This document shows, in pieces, positions 18,801 through 29,189 of a DNA stretch of 64,000 bases (the stretch's first letter is position 1; each line of letters starts with the position of its first letter). Source of the stretch: Nitrospirota bacterium (GTDB lineage Bacteria > Nitrospirota > UBA9217); contig CAWCKW010000012.1 of assembly GCA_963796285.1 (NCBI GenBank), positions 736,001-800,000 on the forward strand. The letters run 5' to 3'. The notes under the pieces are model-generated. The model saw only the letters and a program-made list of their open reading frames with translations. It searched no databases and was not told the origin of the DNA. The position numbers and the translations under genes were made by a program.

Positions 18801-21440
18801 ATGGAAATCATCACCAGTCATACAAACGCTGATTTCGATGCCCTGGCCTCCATGGTCGCGGCAAAGAAGCTCCATCCCGACGCCCGGCTTGTATTTCCCG
18901 GGTCGCAGGAGAAGAGCATGCGGGATTTTTTTCTCGAGTCAGCGTTCTACGCGCTCGAGGTCGATCGTCTTAAAAATATCGATGTGGACAGTATAACCAA
19001 ACTTATCATCGTCGATAACCGGAATCCCGCGAGGCTGGGAAAACTGGCGGGCGCGCTGAAGCGACCCGGCGTCACGGTGACCATTTACGATCACCACCCC
19101 GCAGCGGACGGCGATATCCGCGGTGAACTTGAAATTGTCGAAGAGGTCGGTGCCACGATCACGATCATGGTGGAACTGCTCAAGCAGAAGGGCATCCCGA
19201 TCACTCCTATCGAGGCGACCATTTTCGCCCTGGGCATTTATGAAGAGACAGGCTCCCTCACGTTCGTATCCACCACGGAGAGGGACGTTCAGGTGGTGGC
19301 ATACCTCCTCTCCCAGGGGGCACAGCTCAATATCGTCTCGGATTTCATCTCACGCGAGCTTACTGTCGATCAGATCGCCATTTTGAACAACCTGATCGAG
19401 TCCGCCAAGAGTTTTGACATTAATGGTGTGCCGGTGGTGATTGCAACGCTGGCGATACCACACTTTGTCCCTGATCTCGCGATCCTGGCCCACAAGATGA
19501 GGGATATGGAGAGCCTCGACGTGCTTTTCCTCGTGGTGCAGATGGGGGACAAGACGCATGTGATTGCCCGCTGCAGGATCCCCCAGGTGAACGTCGGCAT
19601 GGTTCTCGAGGAACTGGGCGGCGGCGGACATGCCACTGCTGCATCCGCGGTGGTCAAGGACATGACACACGTGCAGGCCACGGAGCGCCTGATCGATATT
19701 CTTAAACAGCATATCAAGCCCGGACAGGTGGCGAGCGAGGTCATGACCTCGCCGGTCAAAACCATCCCGTCAGGCAGTACGATCGCTGACGCGGGCGAGG
19801 CCATGACCAGGTTCAGCGTGAACGTTCTGCCGGTCCTGCGCGAAGAAAAGTATCTGGGCAGTATCACCCGTGAGGTCGTGCAGAAGGCTCTTTTCCACAA
19901 CCTGGGCAAACAGAAGGTCAATGAGTTCATGACCACGGGCGGCCCCGTCGCGTCACCCGACATGCCAATGGGACTGGTGGAGAAGATCATGATCGAGGAG
20001 CATCAGCGATTTATCCCGGTCATCGACAGGAACGGCAGGCTCGTGGGCGCGATCACCCGTACCGATCTCCTGCGATCTCTCCACGAAGAGCGTCTGGCCG
20101 AGGTGGCCGGGTCCGAAGCGGTCATGCTCCGATCTGCCAGGAATGTGCAGAGAATGATCGAAGAGCGCGTTCCCCCGGATGTACGCGAAGCGCTCAGATT
20201 GGTCGGTGAGGTCGCCGACGAGGCCGGGTTCCCGGTCTACCTCGTGGGCGGCATTGTGCGCGATCTGTTCCTGCGGGTCATGAACCTGGATATAGATATC
20301 GTGGTCGAGGGCGACGGCATCGTCTTCGCGGATATTCTCGTGAAGCGTGCCGGCGGTCGCATGAAAGCCCATCAAAAGTTCGGAACCGCAGTCGTCGTGC
20401 TGCCGAACGGGATCAAGCTCGATATTGCCACGGCCCGGCTCGAATATTATGAATCACCTGCTGCCTTGCCTACCGTAGAGCTTTCTTCAATTAAAAAAGA
20501 CCTCTATCGTCGTGACTTCACGATCAACACGCTTGCGGTGCGGCTGAACAGACAGCGCTACGGTGAGCTCATCGATTTCTTCGGCGGCCTGCGTGATATC
20601 AAGGAGAAGGCCCTCCGTGTTCTGCATAGTCTCTCGTTCGTGGAAGACCCTACGCGTGTTCTGCGGGCCATACGGTTTGAGCAGCGCTTCGATTTTAAAC
20701 TCAGTAAGCATACCCAGAACCTTATCAAGAGCGCCGTGAACATGAAGCTCTTCAATCGCTTGACCGGCAAGCGGATCTATGCGGAACTCATCCTGCTGTT
20801 CTCGGAGGCCGAACCGCTGAAGGTCCTTAAGCGCATGAAAGACCTCGATCTTCTGAAGTTCATCCATCCCACTCTGAAAGCCACGGTGGAAGCGGAGCGT
20901 CTCTTTACCGGAATAGGAGAGACCCTCACATGGTTCAGGCTTCTCTATCTGGATCTTACGATAGAAAAATGGTTTGTGTTCTTTCTCGGATTGCTCGATC
21001 GACTGAAGGACCCCGCAGTTAACGAGACGCTCGAGCGGCTCTCGGTCCCGGTCAGGAACAGGGAGCGGATTCGGCATTCACGGGCTGCGTACCGCGAGGT
21101 GCTCGCCGCGTTCTATAAGGAGCAGAATCTCACCCCCAGCCGTATCTATGAACTGCTCGTACAGCTTGATACTGAATCGCTCCTGCTCATGATGGCCAAG
21201 GCAAAACAGGACAAGGCCAAGAAGTACATTTCTCTGTATCTTACCCAACTCCGCACGATCAAGGTGGAGCTGAGCGGAAACGACCTCAAAAAAATGGGAA
21301 TACCGCCCGGACCGCGATATAGGAAGCTGCTTGCCGAACTTCTGGATGCGAAGCTGGACGGAAGCGTGAGAAACCGTGAGGAAGAAGTGGCTTTTGTACG
21401 GGAACGAGCGGGAGGAACGAAAATTCCCGTTGACGAATAA
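18801..21440 (+). CDS. tRNA nucleotidyltransferase (CCA- or A-adding) with N-terminal DHH/DHHA1 and CBS domains
   Basis: HTNADFD, DHH, GGGGH, two CBS repeats, VGGIVRD, DIDI, RRDFTIN, EDPTRVLRAIRF. Confidence 0.92.
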   Translation: MEIITSHTNADFDALASMVAAKKLHPDARLVFPGSQEKSMRDFFLESAFYALEVDRLKNIDVDSITKLIIVDNRNPARLGKLAGALKRPGVTVTIYDHHPAADGDIRGELEIVEEVGATITIMVELLKQKGIPITPIEATIFALGIYEETGSLTFVSTTERDVQVVAYLLSQGAQLNIVSDFISRELTVDQIAILNNLIESAKSFDINGVPVVIATLAIPHFVPDLAILAHKMRDMESLDVLFLVVQMGDKTHVIARCRIPQVNVGMVLEELGGGGHATAASAVVKDMTHVQATERLIDILKQHIKPGQVASEVMTSPVKTIPSGSTIADAGEAMTRFSVNVLPVLREEKYLGSITREVVQKALFHNLGKQKVNEFMTTGGPVASPDMPMGLVEKIMIEEHQRFIPVIDRNGRLVGAITRTDLLRSLHEERLAEVAGSEAVMLRSARNVQRMIEERVPPDVREALRLVGEVADEAGFPVYLVGGIVRDLFLRVMNLDIDIVVEGDGIVFADILVKRAGGRMKAHQKFGTAVVVLPNGIKLDIATARLEYYESPAALPTVELSSIKKDLYRRDFTINTLAVRLNRQRYGELIDFFGGLRDIKEKALRVLHSLSFVEDPTRVLRAIRFEQRFDFKLSKHTQNLIKSAVNMKLFNRLTGKRIYAELILLFSEAEPLKVLKRMKDLDLLKFIHPTLKATVEAERLFTGIGETLTWFRLLYLDLTIEKWFVFFLGLLDRLKDPAVNETLERLSVPVRNRERIRHSRAAYREVLAAFYKEQNLTPSRIYELLVQLDTESLLLMMAKAKQDKAKKYISLYLTQLRTIKVELSGNDLKKMGIPPGPRYRKLLAELLDAKLDGSVRNREEEVAFVRERAGGTKIPVDE

Positions 21441-21464
21441 GGAAAATGCAGGCATAGTACCGTC

Positions 21465-23105
21465 ATGATATTCATCAGCCTCTTCGGCGGGATGCTTCTC
21501 CTGCTCTACGGTATCAAGCTCCTGAATGACGGCCTTCAGAATGCCGTAGGCCCGAAGATCCGATCGCTCCTCCGGTCGCTCACGAGCAACAGACTCGCCG
21601 CAGTGGGTGGAGGCGCATTCATCACCGGCCTTATCCAATCGAGCAGCGCAACGTCGGTCATGCTGGTGGGTTTCGTGAGCGCCGGTCTCATGAGTTTCCA
21701 TCAGACCCTCGCGGTCATCCTCGGCGCCGATATAGGCGCCACGCTCACGGTACAGCTCATTGCCTTTCACGTCTACGATTACGCAGTGCTCCTTGTCGGG
21801 ATAGGTCTGTCCTTCACGCTCTTTGCCAAAAAGATGCTCTTCAAAAATATCGGCCAGGGCGTGCTCGGTTTTGGCTTTGTGTTCCTCTCGATCAAGATCA
21901 TGATCGAGGCAATGACACCGCTCCAGGGGAACGAGTTGTTCCGGCAGGTTTTCATCGCGCTCACCGATACACCGCTTATCGGCATCGTGCTCTCGGCCGG
22001 CGTAACGGCCCTCATCCATAGCAGTGCGGCGACCATGGGCATCGCGCTCGTCCTTGCCACGAGCGGTCTGATACCGCTTCCCGCCGCGATCTATATCATC
22101 CTCGGCGCCAACATCGGCACCTGCGCCACTGCGTTCCTCGCGAGCCTGCGCTCGCCTGTCGAGGCGCGGCGCGTGGCCTGGGCGCATCTGCTCTTTAAAG
22201 TATTCGGCGTTCTGCTGTTTCTGCCGCTCCTCATCCCCTTCGCGCAGCTGGTCACTGCAACGACCCCGGACCTTACCCGTCAGATCGCAAATGCCAATAC
22301 GCTGTTCAACGTCATCATGGCCGTGGTCTTCCTCCCTTTTATCGGGCCATTCTCGAGATTGGTCATGAAACTGGTGCCTGAAGAGGAGGAGGAGAAAAAG
22401 GTCGGGCCCAGGTACCTTGACGAGCACGTGCTCGGTACGCCCGCGCTTGCGCTGGGACAGGCGAGCCGGGAGGCGCTCCGGGTTTCCGATATTGTGCGCG
22501 AGATGCTGGTCGATGCGATCCCTGTTTTTCAGACCGATGATCCTGCTTCCATAGCTGCCATAAAGAACAAGGACAACCTGATAGACCTCCTGGACCGGCA
22601 TATCCGGCTTTACATCACCCGGTTGTCGTCGTCTCCCATTACCGAGACCCAGTCACGGCGCTCGATGGCTGTGCTCGAGATTTCACGCAATCTGGAGAAC
22701 ATCGGCGACATCATCGACCGGAACATTATGCCGCTTGCGATGAAGCGGATCAGCAAGGGGATCACGTTCTCCCGGGAGGGATTGGACGAGATCATCCTCT
22801 TTCACAAGAAAGTCATTGAAAATTTCGATACCGCGATCTCGGCATTCGCGGGCAACGACCGGGTCCTTGCGGACCAGGTGCTCCGGAACAAGGAAGAACT
22901 CGGCATGATGGAGCGAGAGCTGGTCCAGGCGCATCTCGACAGGCTCCGCAAAGGGTTCCGGGAATCCATCGAGACGAGCCACATCCATCTTGACCTCATC
23001 GGCAACCTTGCGCGCATCAATTCGCTTATTACGCACATCATCTATCCGATCATTGATGAAAAACGCAACAGGGTGCATGATGAAGTGGGGATCGAGGAGC
23101 ATTAG
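21465..23105 (+). CDS. Na+/Pi cotransporter with PhoU-like C-terminus
   Basis: QSSSAT and HSSAAT repeats, GADIG/GANIGT, LENIGD, IETSHIHLD. Confidence 0.92.
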   Translation: MIFISLFGGMLLLLYGIKLLNDGLQNAVGPKIRSLLRSLTSNRLAAVGGGAFITGLIQSSSATSVMLVGFVSAGLMSFHQTLAVILGADIGATLTVQLIAFHVYDYAVLLVGIGLSFTLFAKKMLFKNIGQGVLGFGFVFLSIKIMIEAMTPLQGNELFRQVFIALTDTPLIGIVLSAGVTALIHSSAATMGIALVLATSGLIPLPAAIYIILGANIGTCATAFLASLRSPVEARRVAWAHLLFKVFGVLLFLPLLIPFAQLVTATTPDLTRQIANANTLFNVIMAVVFLPFIGPFSRLVMKLVPEEEEEKKVGPRYLDEHVLGTPALALGQASREALRVSDIVREMLVDAIPVFQTDDPASIAAIKNKDNLIDLLDRHIRLYITRLSSSPITETQSRRSMAVLEISRNLENIGDIIDRNIMPLAMKRISKGITFSREGLDEIILFHKKVIENFDTAISAFAGNDRVLADQVLRNKEELGMMERELVQAHLDRLRKGFRESIETSHIHLDLIGNLARINSLITHIIYPIIDEKRNRVHDEVGIEEH

Positions 23106-23182
23106 GAGCGAGAGATAGGGGATGTGGGACGAAGGATGAATGATGTCAGGCCTTGCCGTATCCATCATATAAGGGGGTTTGC

Positions 23183-23581
23183 ATGCTCAGACAGCTCAGG
23201 GTGAAGACGAATTCCAGGACAGAGCTTGTGGACATTACACAAGGGGTGCAGCGTCTCGTTGCGGAAAGCGGTGTCCGCTCGGGCATGTGCTATATCTCTG
23301 TTCCTCACACAACCTCGGGTATCACGATCAATGAGAACTCCGATCCGAACGTGGGGAGAGACATCCTGAAGGAGTTGAATAAGGTTATCCCCTTTGACGA
23401 CCAGTACGGACATAGTGAAGGAAATTCCGCGGCGCACATCAAATCGAGCATCATCGGCGTGTCGAAGGCCGTGATCGTAGAGGAAGGACGGCTGGCGCTC
23501 GGCACGTGGCAGGCTGTGTTTTTCTGCGAATTCGACGGCCCCCGAGACCGCAGGGTAATGGTGAAGGTGATGAAGGATTGA
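23183..23581 (+). CDS. yjbQ: YjbQ / UPF0047 family protein
   Basis: VPHTTSGITINEN, HSEGNSAAHIKSS, LGTWQAVFFCEFDGPRDR. Confidence 0.92.
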   Translation: MLRQLRVKTNSRTELVDITQGVQRLVAESGVRSGMCYISVPHTTSGITINENSDPNVGRDILKELNKVIPFDDQYGHSEGNSAAHIKSSIIGVSKAVIVEEGRLALGTWQAVFFCEFDGPRDRRVMVKVMKD

Positions 23582-23627
23582 GAAGCAGTAATCAGGAGTC
23601 AGGAGATACCGCTGGTAGTCGCAGACA

Positions 23628-23818
23628 CTTGCTTCCGCGTTTGACGTACACCTTGGCCTTGGCGTCGCGTACTTCGATCTCCAGGACGACAAATATGCTG
23701 AAAGAGAATTATCTAAAGCTGTCGAGATCAATCGCTGAAAAAAGGTATCCTGGCTTCTTATGAAGAATTCGAGCGCGGGTGGAAGAGAGTCGTTCGAGTA
23801 ATCTCGCTGCGGAGATAA
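23628..23818 (+). pseudogene. Remnant of a TPR-containing gene
   Basis: LASAFDVHLGLGVAYFDLQDDKYAERELSKAVEINR* fits one TPR unit; a C-terminal-like fragment YEEFERGWKRVVRVISLRR* follows in another frame; no RBS-led start seen. Confidence 0.5.
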
Positions 23819-24069
23819 ATAACGAGATAACTCCTAAAGCCAATATATACAATCCAAATAGAGCCAAAGTTCAGCCACAAAGGCTCCATGACACATAAAC
23901 CAGTGAATGAATTTATTCGTGCTTTGGCCTGTCCCCGGCGGATTCTGTCAGGGGTGGGTCGGTGTTGCCCTCTTCTCGGCCATTGTGGCATAGTTGGTCC
24001 CGGTTTATCCGGGCTGGAATTTCGTGATATGAATTTGGAATTTGCACCATCATATGGTACTATCCCGTC

Positions 24070-25113
24070 ATGACTTCACCGGTTGCAGAATCCCTTACCA
24101 TTACCGATTTCGACTTTGACCTTCCCAAGTCTCTCATTGCGCAGGAGCCATCCTTGCAAAGGGACCGTTCACGCCTTTTGGCCCTCAATCGCTCTACCGG
24201 CAATATGGCGCATCGCATTTTTACGGACATCGATCAGTATCTTCTTCCCGGAGACCTGTTGATCATAAATGACACGAAGGTTTTCCCGTGCAGGCTTCCG
24301 GCAACAAAGCCTGGGGGCGGCAGGGCTGAGATATTTCTCCTGTTTGAACGAAGACGGAACCTCTGGGAAGTGCTGGTGAAAGGCTGCGGCACTGCCGGGA
24401 AGAGGCTGCGCATCACCGATGGCGTGGAGGCTGAGATCACCGGGGAGGGAGTTGACAGCGTCAGAACTGTACGCTTTCACGGTATCGAAGACATCAGGTC
24501 AATTCTACCTGAGATCGGGAAAACCCCGCTTCCACCTTATATAAAGCGTGAAGCGGATAAAGTTGACCAGGAGCGTTATCAGACCGTATACGCGGCTCAT
24601 GAAGGTGCGGTTGCGGCGCCTACAGCGGGTCTGCACTTCACCGGGGAACTGCTTCAACGGCTGACGACAAAGGGAATTGAGATTGCCACGGTCACACTCC
24701 ACGTGGGTCCTGGTACGTTCCAGCCTGTCCGTATGCAAACGATCAGTGAACATCGTATGCTGCCTGAGCGGTACTCGATTACCGAGAACTCCGCTCAGCG
24801 AATCAATCGCGCAAAGGCCGAAGGCAGGCGGGTGATCGCCGTGGGGACCACAAGCGTGCGAACGATCGAAACCGCTGCGGCCGGCAGCAACAGGGTCGCG
24901 CCCGGAGATAGCAGCTCGGAGCTGTTCATCTATCCCGGATATTGTTTCACGGTCACGGACGGCATCATCACCAATTTTCATCTGCCGAAGTCCACGCTCC
25001 TCATGCTGGTGTCTGCATTTGCCGGCAGGGAGCGGACCCTCTCGGCCTATCGCACGGCAATAGCCGAAAAGTATCGCTTTTACAGTTATGGAGACGCGAT
25101 GATCGTTGCCTAG
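24070..25113 (+). CDS. queA: S-adenosylmethionine:tRNA ribosyltransferase-isomerase
   Basis: FDFDLP..LIAQ, PLPPYIKR, AAPTAGLHF, LHVGPGTF, TNFHLPKSTL, YRFYSYGDAM. Confidence 0.97.
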   Translation: MTSPVAESLTITDFDFDLPKSLIAQEPSLQRDRSRLLALNRSTGNMAHRIFTDIDQYLLPGDLLIINDTKVFPCRLPATKPGGGRAEIFLLFERRRNLWEVLVKGCGTAGKRLRITDGVEAEITGEGVDSVRTVRFHGIEDIRSILPEIGKTPLPPYIKREADKVDQERYQTVYAAHEGAVAAPTAGLHFTGELLQRLTTKGIEIATVTLHVGPGTFQPVRMQTISEHRMLPERYSITENSAQRINRAKAEGRRVIAVGTTSVRTIETAAAGSNRVAPGDSSSELFIYPGYCFTVTDGIITNFHLPKSTLLMLVSAFAGRERTLSAYRTAIAEKYRFYSYGDAMIVA

Positions 25114-25204
25114 AGCAGAGAGCTTAGGGCATGGAGAAGAGGATAGAGAATTGAGCGCAAAGGCAAAGGGTTATGCTCCATGCCCCTTGCGCCATGCTCT
25201 CTGC
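25111..25204. repeat. Heptamer-armed hairpin (AGAGC / ATGCTC units)
   Basis: TAGAGCAGAGAGCTTAGGGCATGGAG ... ATGCTCCATGCCCCTTGCGCCATGCTCTCTGC. Confidence 0.7.
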
Positions 25205-25235
25205 CGGCATAGTGAATGTAATGAAAGGGAAAAGC

Positions 25236-25898
25236 ATGATCAACAATCAACAAGGCGGCATCCTATCCAAGATCTTCATTATCCCCGTTGGAGTGGCCCT
25301 CATGGTGGGGTTCTTTTTTTTAGGTTACTATGTGGGAAAATATCAGAGCAAGTCCAGTACCTCTGGAGAGATCTCGCAACCACTTCCTGAGGTGTCTTCG
25401 GGCACGGGGACAAAAAAGGAGGAATTTACCTTTTACAAGACCCTGACCGACAATACCGACAAGACGGTTTCGATCGATCTCAAGGCCAGACCAGCGCAAG
25501 AGGAGAAGAGACCAGAGAAACAGCAAGCCGCACCAATGGAAAAGCGGGTTGAGATAAAAGTTGAAAGAGAAGCACTCTCACCGGTTAAACCCAAGCAAGC
25601 ATCTTCGAATCAATCTCAGACGTCAACGAAGAAAGAGTCTGCCAAGTCATCCGCAGGCGTAAAGCTTCGGTACACCGTGCAGACTGCATCGTATCAGGAA
25701 AAAGAAATGGCCGAGGATGAGGTGAAGAGGTTGAAACAGCGTGGATACGCGGCATTCATTTATTCATCACAACTGCCGGGCAAAGGTATCTGGTATCGTG
25801 TGAGGCTCGGTAGTTTCTCGAACAAGGCCGCGGCGGAAAAACTCCAAAAGACGATCCACGCAAAGGAAGGGATTTCGCCAATTATAACGATTGAATAA
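25236..25898 (+). CDS. SPOR domain membrane protein (FtsN-like)
   Basis: One TM helix, FTFYKTL, low-complexity linker, YTVQTASY...WYRVRLGSF SPOR domain. Confidence 0.85.
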   Translation: MINNQQGGILSKIFIIPVGVALMVGFFFLGYYVGKYQSKSSTSGEISQPLPEVSSGTGTKKEEFTFYKTLTDNTDKTVSIDLKARPAQEEKRPEKQQAAPMEKRVEIKVEREALSPVKPKQASSNQSQTSTKKESAKSSAGVKLRYTVQTASYQEKEMAEDEVKRLKQRGYAAFIYSSQLPGKGIWYRVRLGSFSNKAAAEKLQKTIHAKEGISPIITIE

Positions 25899-26181
25899 AA
25901 TTGAGGAAGTTGATGAGAGATGATGCTGCAATATGCTGATTTAAAAGCATATCTTCCCTATATCCGTCAATCAGTATTCATAATCGATCCAATTATCCTG
26001 AAGACATACCGAAACACTTGAAGTGTAAGGGATGCCGAAAAGTATGCCCACTATGCCAGGGAGTCAAGTCAAACCTGTTGCCGTAACACCAGAAAAGAGA
26101 TGACCGAAGCCCTGGTGTTTCAGATCCTACTGAAGAACATACATACTGAGTTAAACCCTCACAAAAACCGACACACAAAAC

Positions 26182-26214
26182 AAAAAGGAGTTAACCCGTA
26201 TGGGTTAACCCCTT
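26182..26214 (-). terminator. Intrinsic terminator after tRNA-Gly
   Basis: Minus strand AAGGGGTTAACCC-ATAC-GGGTTAACTCCTT followed by T-run. Confidence 0.75.
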
Positions 26215-26222
26215 ATCATTTA

Positions 26223-26298
26223 TGGAGCGGGTGGCGAGATTCGAACTCGTGACCCCAACCTTGGCAAGGTTGTGCTCTACCAGCTGAGCTACACCCGC
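26223..26298 (-). tRNA. tRNA-Gly(GCC)
   Basis: Reverse complement GCGGGTGTAGCTCAGCTGGTAGAGCACAACCTTGCCAAGGTTGGGGTCACGAGTTCGAATCTCGCCACCCGCTCCA; 76 nt, CCA encoded. Confidence 0.97.
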
Positions 26299-26400
26299 AT
26301 GAGCCGGAAATGTTCCTGCCCTTTTGACCTCGCAAATATAACAAAGTGGTATTTCATTGTCAATAGAAAAGAACGTTCGGGACAGGGATGGTTTGTCAAT

Positions 26401-28407
26401 TTACGGCGCTTCATCATGGATAGGCGGTTCATCACTGAGAACGCTGGTCTTATCACAATACTGCCTCGGTTCCGTTCCCGGTAGAAACGCCTCGAGAACG
26501 GACTGTCTGCAGTTTTCCGTGCTGAGCAGGCCGTTCCGGGGATCGATCTGCTTAAAAAGGATGCCCTCGGGAGCAACAAAATCCTCGGGCGCACGGTCGT
26601 CATTCGCTTTTTTCATGAACGCAAGCCAGATCGGCAGCGCGGCGCGCGCTCCCGTTTCCCGGTAGCCGATGCTCGTCTGGTCGTCGTAACCGACCCAGAC
26701 GCCGGTCACCAGGCTGGGCGTGTATCCGATGAACCATGCATCACGGTAGTCATTCGTGGTCCCCGTTTTGCCTGCCGCGGGCCTTCCGAGTTCGCGGGCC
26801 TTCCATCCCGTTCCGTGCTCGATCACACCTTTAAGCAGATCGGTGGTAAGGTACGCTGTCTCAGGCTTGATGGACTGGGTGGGAAGTGCATCGTTCGTAT
26901 ACAGCACACGGCCCGTGTTGTCGGTGATCGACAGGATTGATACCGGACCCATACTGATACCGTGATTGGCGAACACGGCGTACACGGCGGTCAGTTCGGC
27001 AAGGGTCATGTCTGAACTGCCGAGGGCCAGCGACAAATAGGGGTTGAGCGTGCTTTTGATGCCGAGTTTTCTTGCATACTGGATGGTATCGTGAATGCCG
27101 ATCTTTTCAAGCAGCCTGATCGTCGGCACGTTCAACGACTGGATGAGCGCATTCCGCAGAGTCACCCTCCCCTGAAAGGTCCGTGAAAAGTTCTCGGGTG
27201 ACCAGTTTTTATTCCGGTCCAGCTTGATCGTCAGGGGTGAGTCGTCAAGGATGTCGGAAGCGCCGAACCCGCGGTCGAGGGCCGCTGCATAGATGACCGG
27301 TTTGAACGCCGAACCGGGTTGCCGCAGGGCCTGCCAGGCTCGATTGAACTGACTTTGCCTGAAGTCCCGTCCGCCGACCATGGCCCGGATGCGGCCGGTC
27401 GCCGGCTCGATTGCAAGAAGCGCTGCCTGGAGGGGAGACTTGACGTGAAGTTTATGCCGGGACTCGATTTTCAAAATACCATCAGCCACGGCCTGCTCCG
27501 CGTAGTTCTGGAGGTCATCGTTTATACTCGTATAGATGTTCAGACCGCCGGAATAGAGAATGCTCGATCCAAACCGATCCTCAACCTTTTGACGCACATA
27601 TTCGATGAAGTAGGGTGCCCGTCCGCCTGTCTTGACCGGGGACTCGAAAGACAGGGGGGCTTTTTTGGCCTCATCGGCCTGTGCCCTGGTAATGACGCCG
27701 CTAGCTGCCATCCGGTTCAGGACATAGGCGCGCCTTCCCGCGGCCCTTAGTGGCGATTTGAAAGGTGAGTAGTATTTCGGGGACCGGGGAAGACCGGCGA
27801 GGAGCGCGCACTCGGCGATATTCAGATCTTTGGCGTGTTTCCCGAAGTAGATCTGGGACGCTGCTTCAACGCCGTAGGCGCCGCTGCCGAAATATATCTG
27901 GTTTAGATAGAACGAGAGGATCTCCTGTTTGGTGTATCGCTGCTCGATCCTGAGCGCGAGGGTCATTTCCTTGAACTTGCGCGAATAACTTCGTTCGGGG
28001 TTCAGAAAAAGCACTTTGGCGAGCTGCTGCGTCAGGGTGCTGCCGCCCTCAACCACCTTCCGAGCCTTGATATTACGGTACATGGCCCGGGCGATCCCGC
28101 GCAGATCAAGCCCGAGATGACTGTAGAACCTGGTGTCCTCGGTAGCAATAAGCGCCTTGATCAGCATATCGGGTACGTCTGTGAAAACCACGGGAGTACG
28201 GTTCTGAAGGAAGAACTCGGCAAGCAGTTTATTGTCGTCGGAATAGACGCGGGAGGTAATGCTCGGTTTGAATTGTTCGAGGATATTGACCTCAGGCAGG
28301 TCCCAGAGTGAAAAAATAATATATCCGGCACCCCCGCCGATGAGAACGGCGAAGAGCGTCAGGAACAGGTAGAGGAGGAACGGTCTGCTTTTTTGCATGT
28401 TGCGCAT
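26401..28407 (-). CDS. Class A penicillin-binding protein 1A
   Basis: EDTRFYSH, GGSTLTQQLAK, RKFKE transglycosylase motifs; SAFK, SLN and KTGT transpeptidase motifs. Confidence 0.95.
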   Translation of the reverse strand: MRNMQKSRPFLLYLFLTLFAVLIGGGAGYIIFSLWDLPEVNILEQFKPSITSRVYSDDNKLLAEFFLQNRTPVVFTDVPDMLIKALIATEDTRFYSHLGLDLRGIARAMYRNIKARKVVEGGSTLTQQLAKVLFLNPERSYSRKFKEMTLALRIEQRYTKQEILSFYLNQIYFGSGAYGVEAASQIYFGKHAKDLNIAECALLAGLPRSPKYYSPFKSPLRAAGRRAYVLNRMAASGVITRAQADEAKKAPLSFESPVKTGGRAPYFIEYVRQKVEDRFGSSILYSGGLNIYTSINDDLQNYAEQAVADGILKIESRHKLHVKSPLQAALLAIEPATGRIRAMVGGRDFRQSQFNRAWQALRQPGSAFKPVIYAAALDRGFGASDILDDSPLTIKLDRNKNWSPENFSRTFQGRVTLRNALIQSLNVPTIRLLEKIGIHDTIQYARKLGIKSTLNPYLSLALGSSDMTLAELTAVYAVFANHGISMGPVSILSITDNTGRVLYTNDALPTQSIKPETAYLTTDLLKGVIEHGTGWKARELGRPAAGKTGTTNDYRDAWFIGYTPSLVTGVWVGYDDQTSIGYRETGARAALPIWLAFMKKANDDRAPEDFVAPEGILFKQIDPRNGLLSTENCRQSVLEAFLPGTEPRQYCDKTSVLSDEPPIHDEAP

Positions 28408-28576
28408 TATACCTCCGGAGACAGGGAAAAAGCAAAGCCGATACGGCGTCACATCTCATAGGTAACTACTGAGTGCCGACTCGACGAGTGAAAAACGTTT
28501 GCATCTTCTTTTCTTGAGTTTTACAGGTCAAGATGCTATGATTCGTCATGATTGAGCATGAATAGAGGGACGGATT

Positions 28577-29107
28577 TTGCAAAAAGGACTCGTGATCGTT
28601 TTTACCGGAGATGGCAAGGGGAAGTCGAGCGCGGCTTTGGGAATAACGCTCCGCGCCTTCGGACATAACTTGTATGTATCCATTGTTCAGTTTATCAAAA
28701 GCCCGTCCGCTACGGGTGAGTCGCGGGCGGCTGAACGGCTTGCTCCTGAGATCGAATTCGTTTCACTGGGCAAGGGTTTTGTAAACTGTTGCGGCAGTAC
28801 CAAGCCATTGGACGAACATAAAAAAGCGGCTCATGAAGCGTTGGAAGCGGCACGCCAGCGCATCTTCGCGGGCTCCTGGGACGTCGTGGTCCTCGACGAG
28901 ATCAATAATGCGGTTCACCTTGGTCTGATCGATATCGGGGAGGTCCTGGAACTCGTCCGGAGCAAACCGTCCAAGCTGCACTTGATACTCACTGGACGTG
29001 ATGCGCACCCTGACCTTATTGCTGCGGCAGACATGGTCACTGAAATGCGTGATATAAAACACCCTTACCTTACCGGTATAGCCGCGCAGAAGGGCATAGA
29101 CTACTAA
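28577..29107 (+). CDS. btuR: Cob(I)yrinic acid a,c-diamide adenosyltransferase (BtuR/CobO)
   Basis: FTGDGKGKSSAALG, VQFIK, VLDEI, LTGR, TEMRDIKHPY, GIDY. Confidence 0.92.
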   Translation: MQKGLVIVFTGDGKGKSSAALGITLRAFGHNLYVSIVQFIKSPSATGESRAAERLAPEIEFVSLGKGFVNCCGSTKPLDEHKKAAHEALEAARQRIFAGSWDVVVLDEINNAVHLGLIDIGEVLELVRSKPSKLHLILTGRDAHPDLIAAADMVTEMRDIKHPYLTGIAAQKGIDY

Positions 29108-29189
29108 AAGTCAAATTGACTTTGAAATTTCAAAATGTTAACATTAATCAAGTTACACCGGTCCTGCCAACCCGGTGTAGCACACCCTC

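Noticed and set aside
21078-22601. Long antisense ORFs (507 aa here; also 8878-10023, 14979-15842, 33559-34401)
   Set aside because: They shadow well-supported genes on the opposite strand, as expected in GC-rich coding DNA, and show no protein motifs
28453-28576. Cobalamin riboswitch upstream of btuR
   Set aside because: The spacer is short and holds only promoter-like sequence; no B12-box seen
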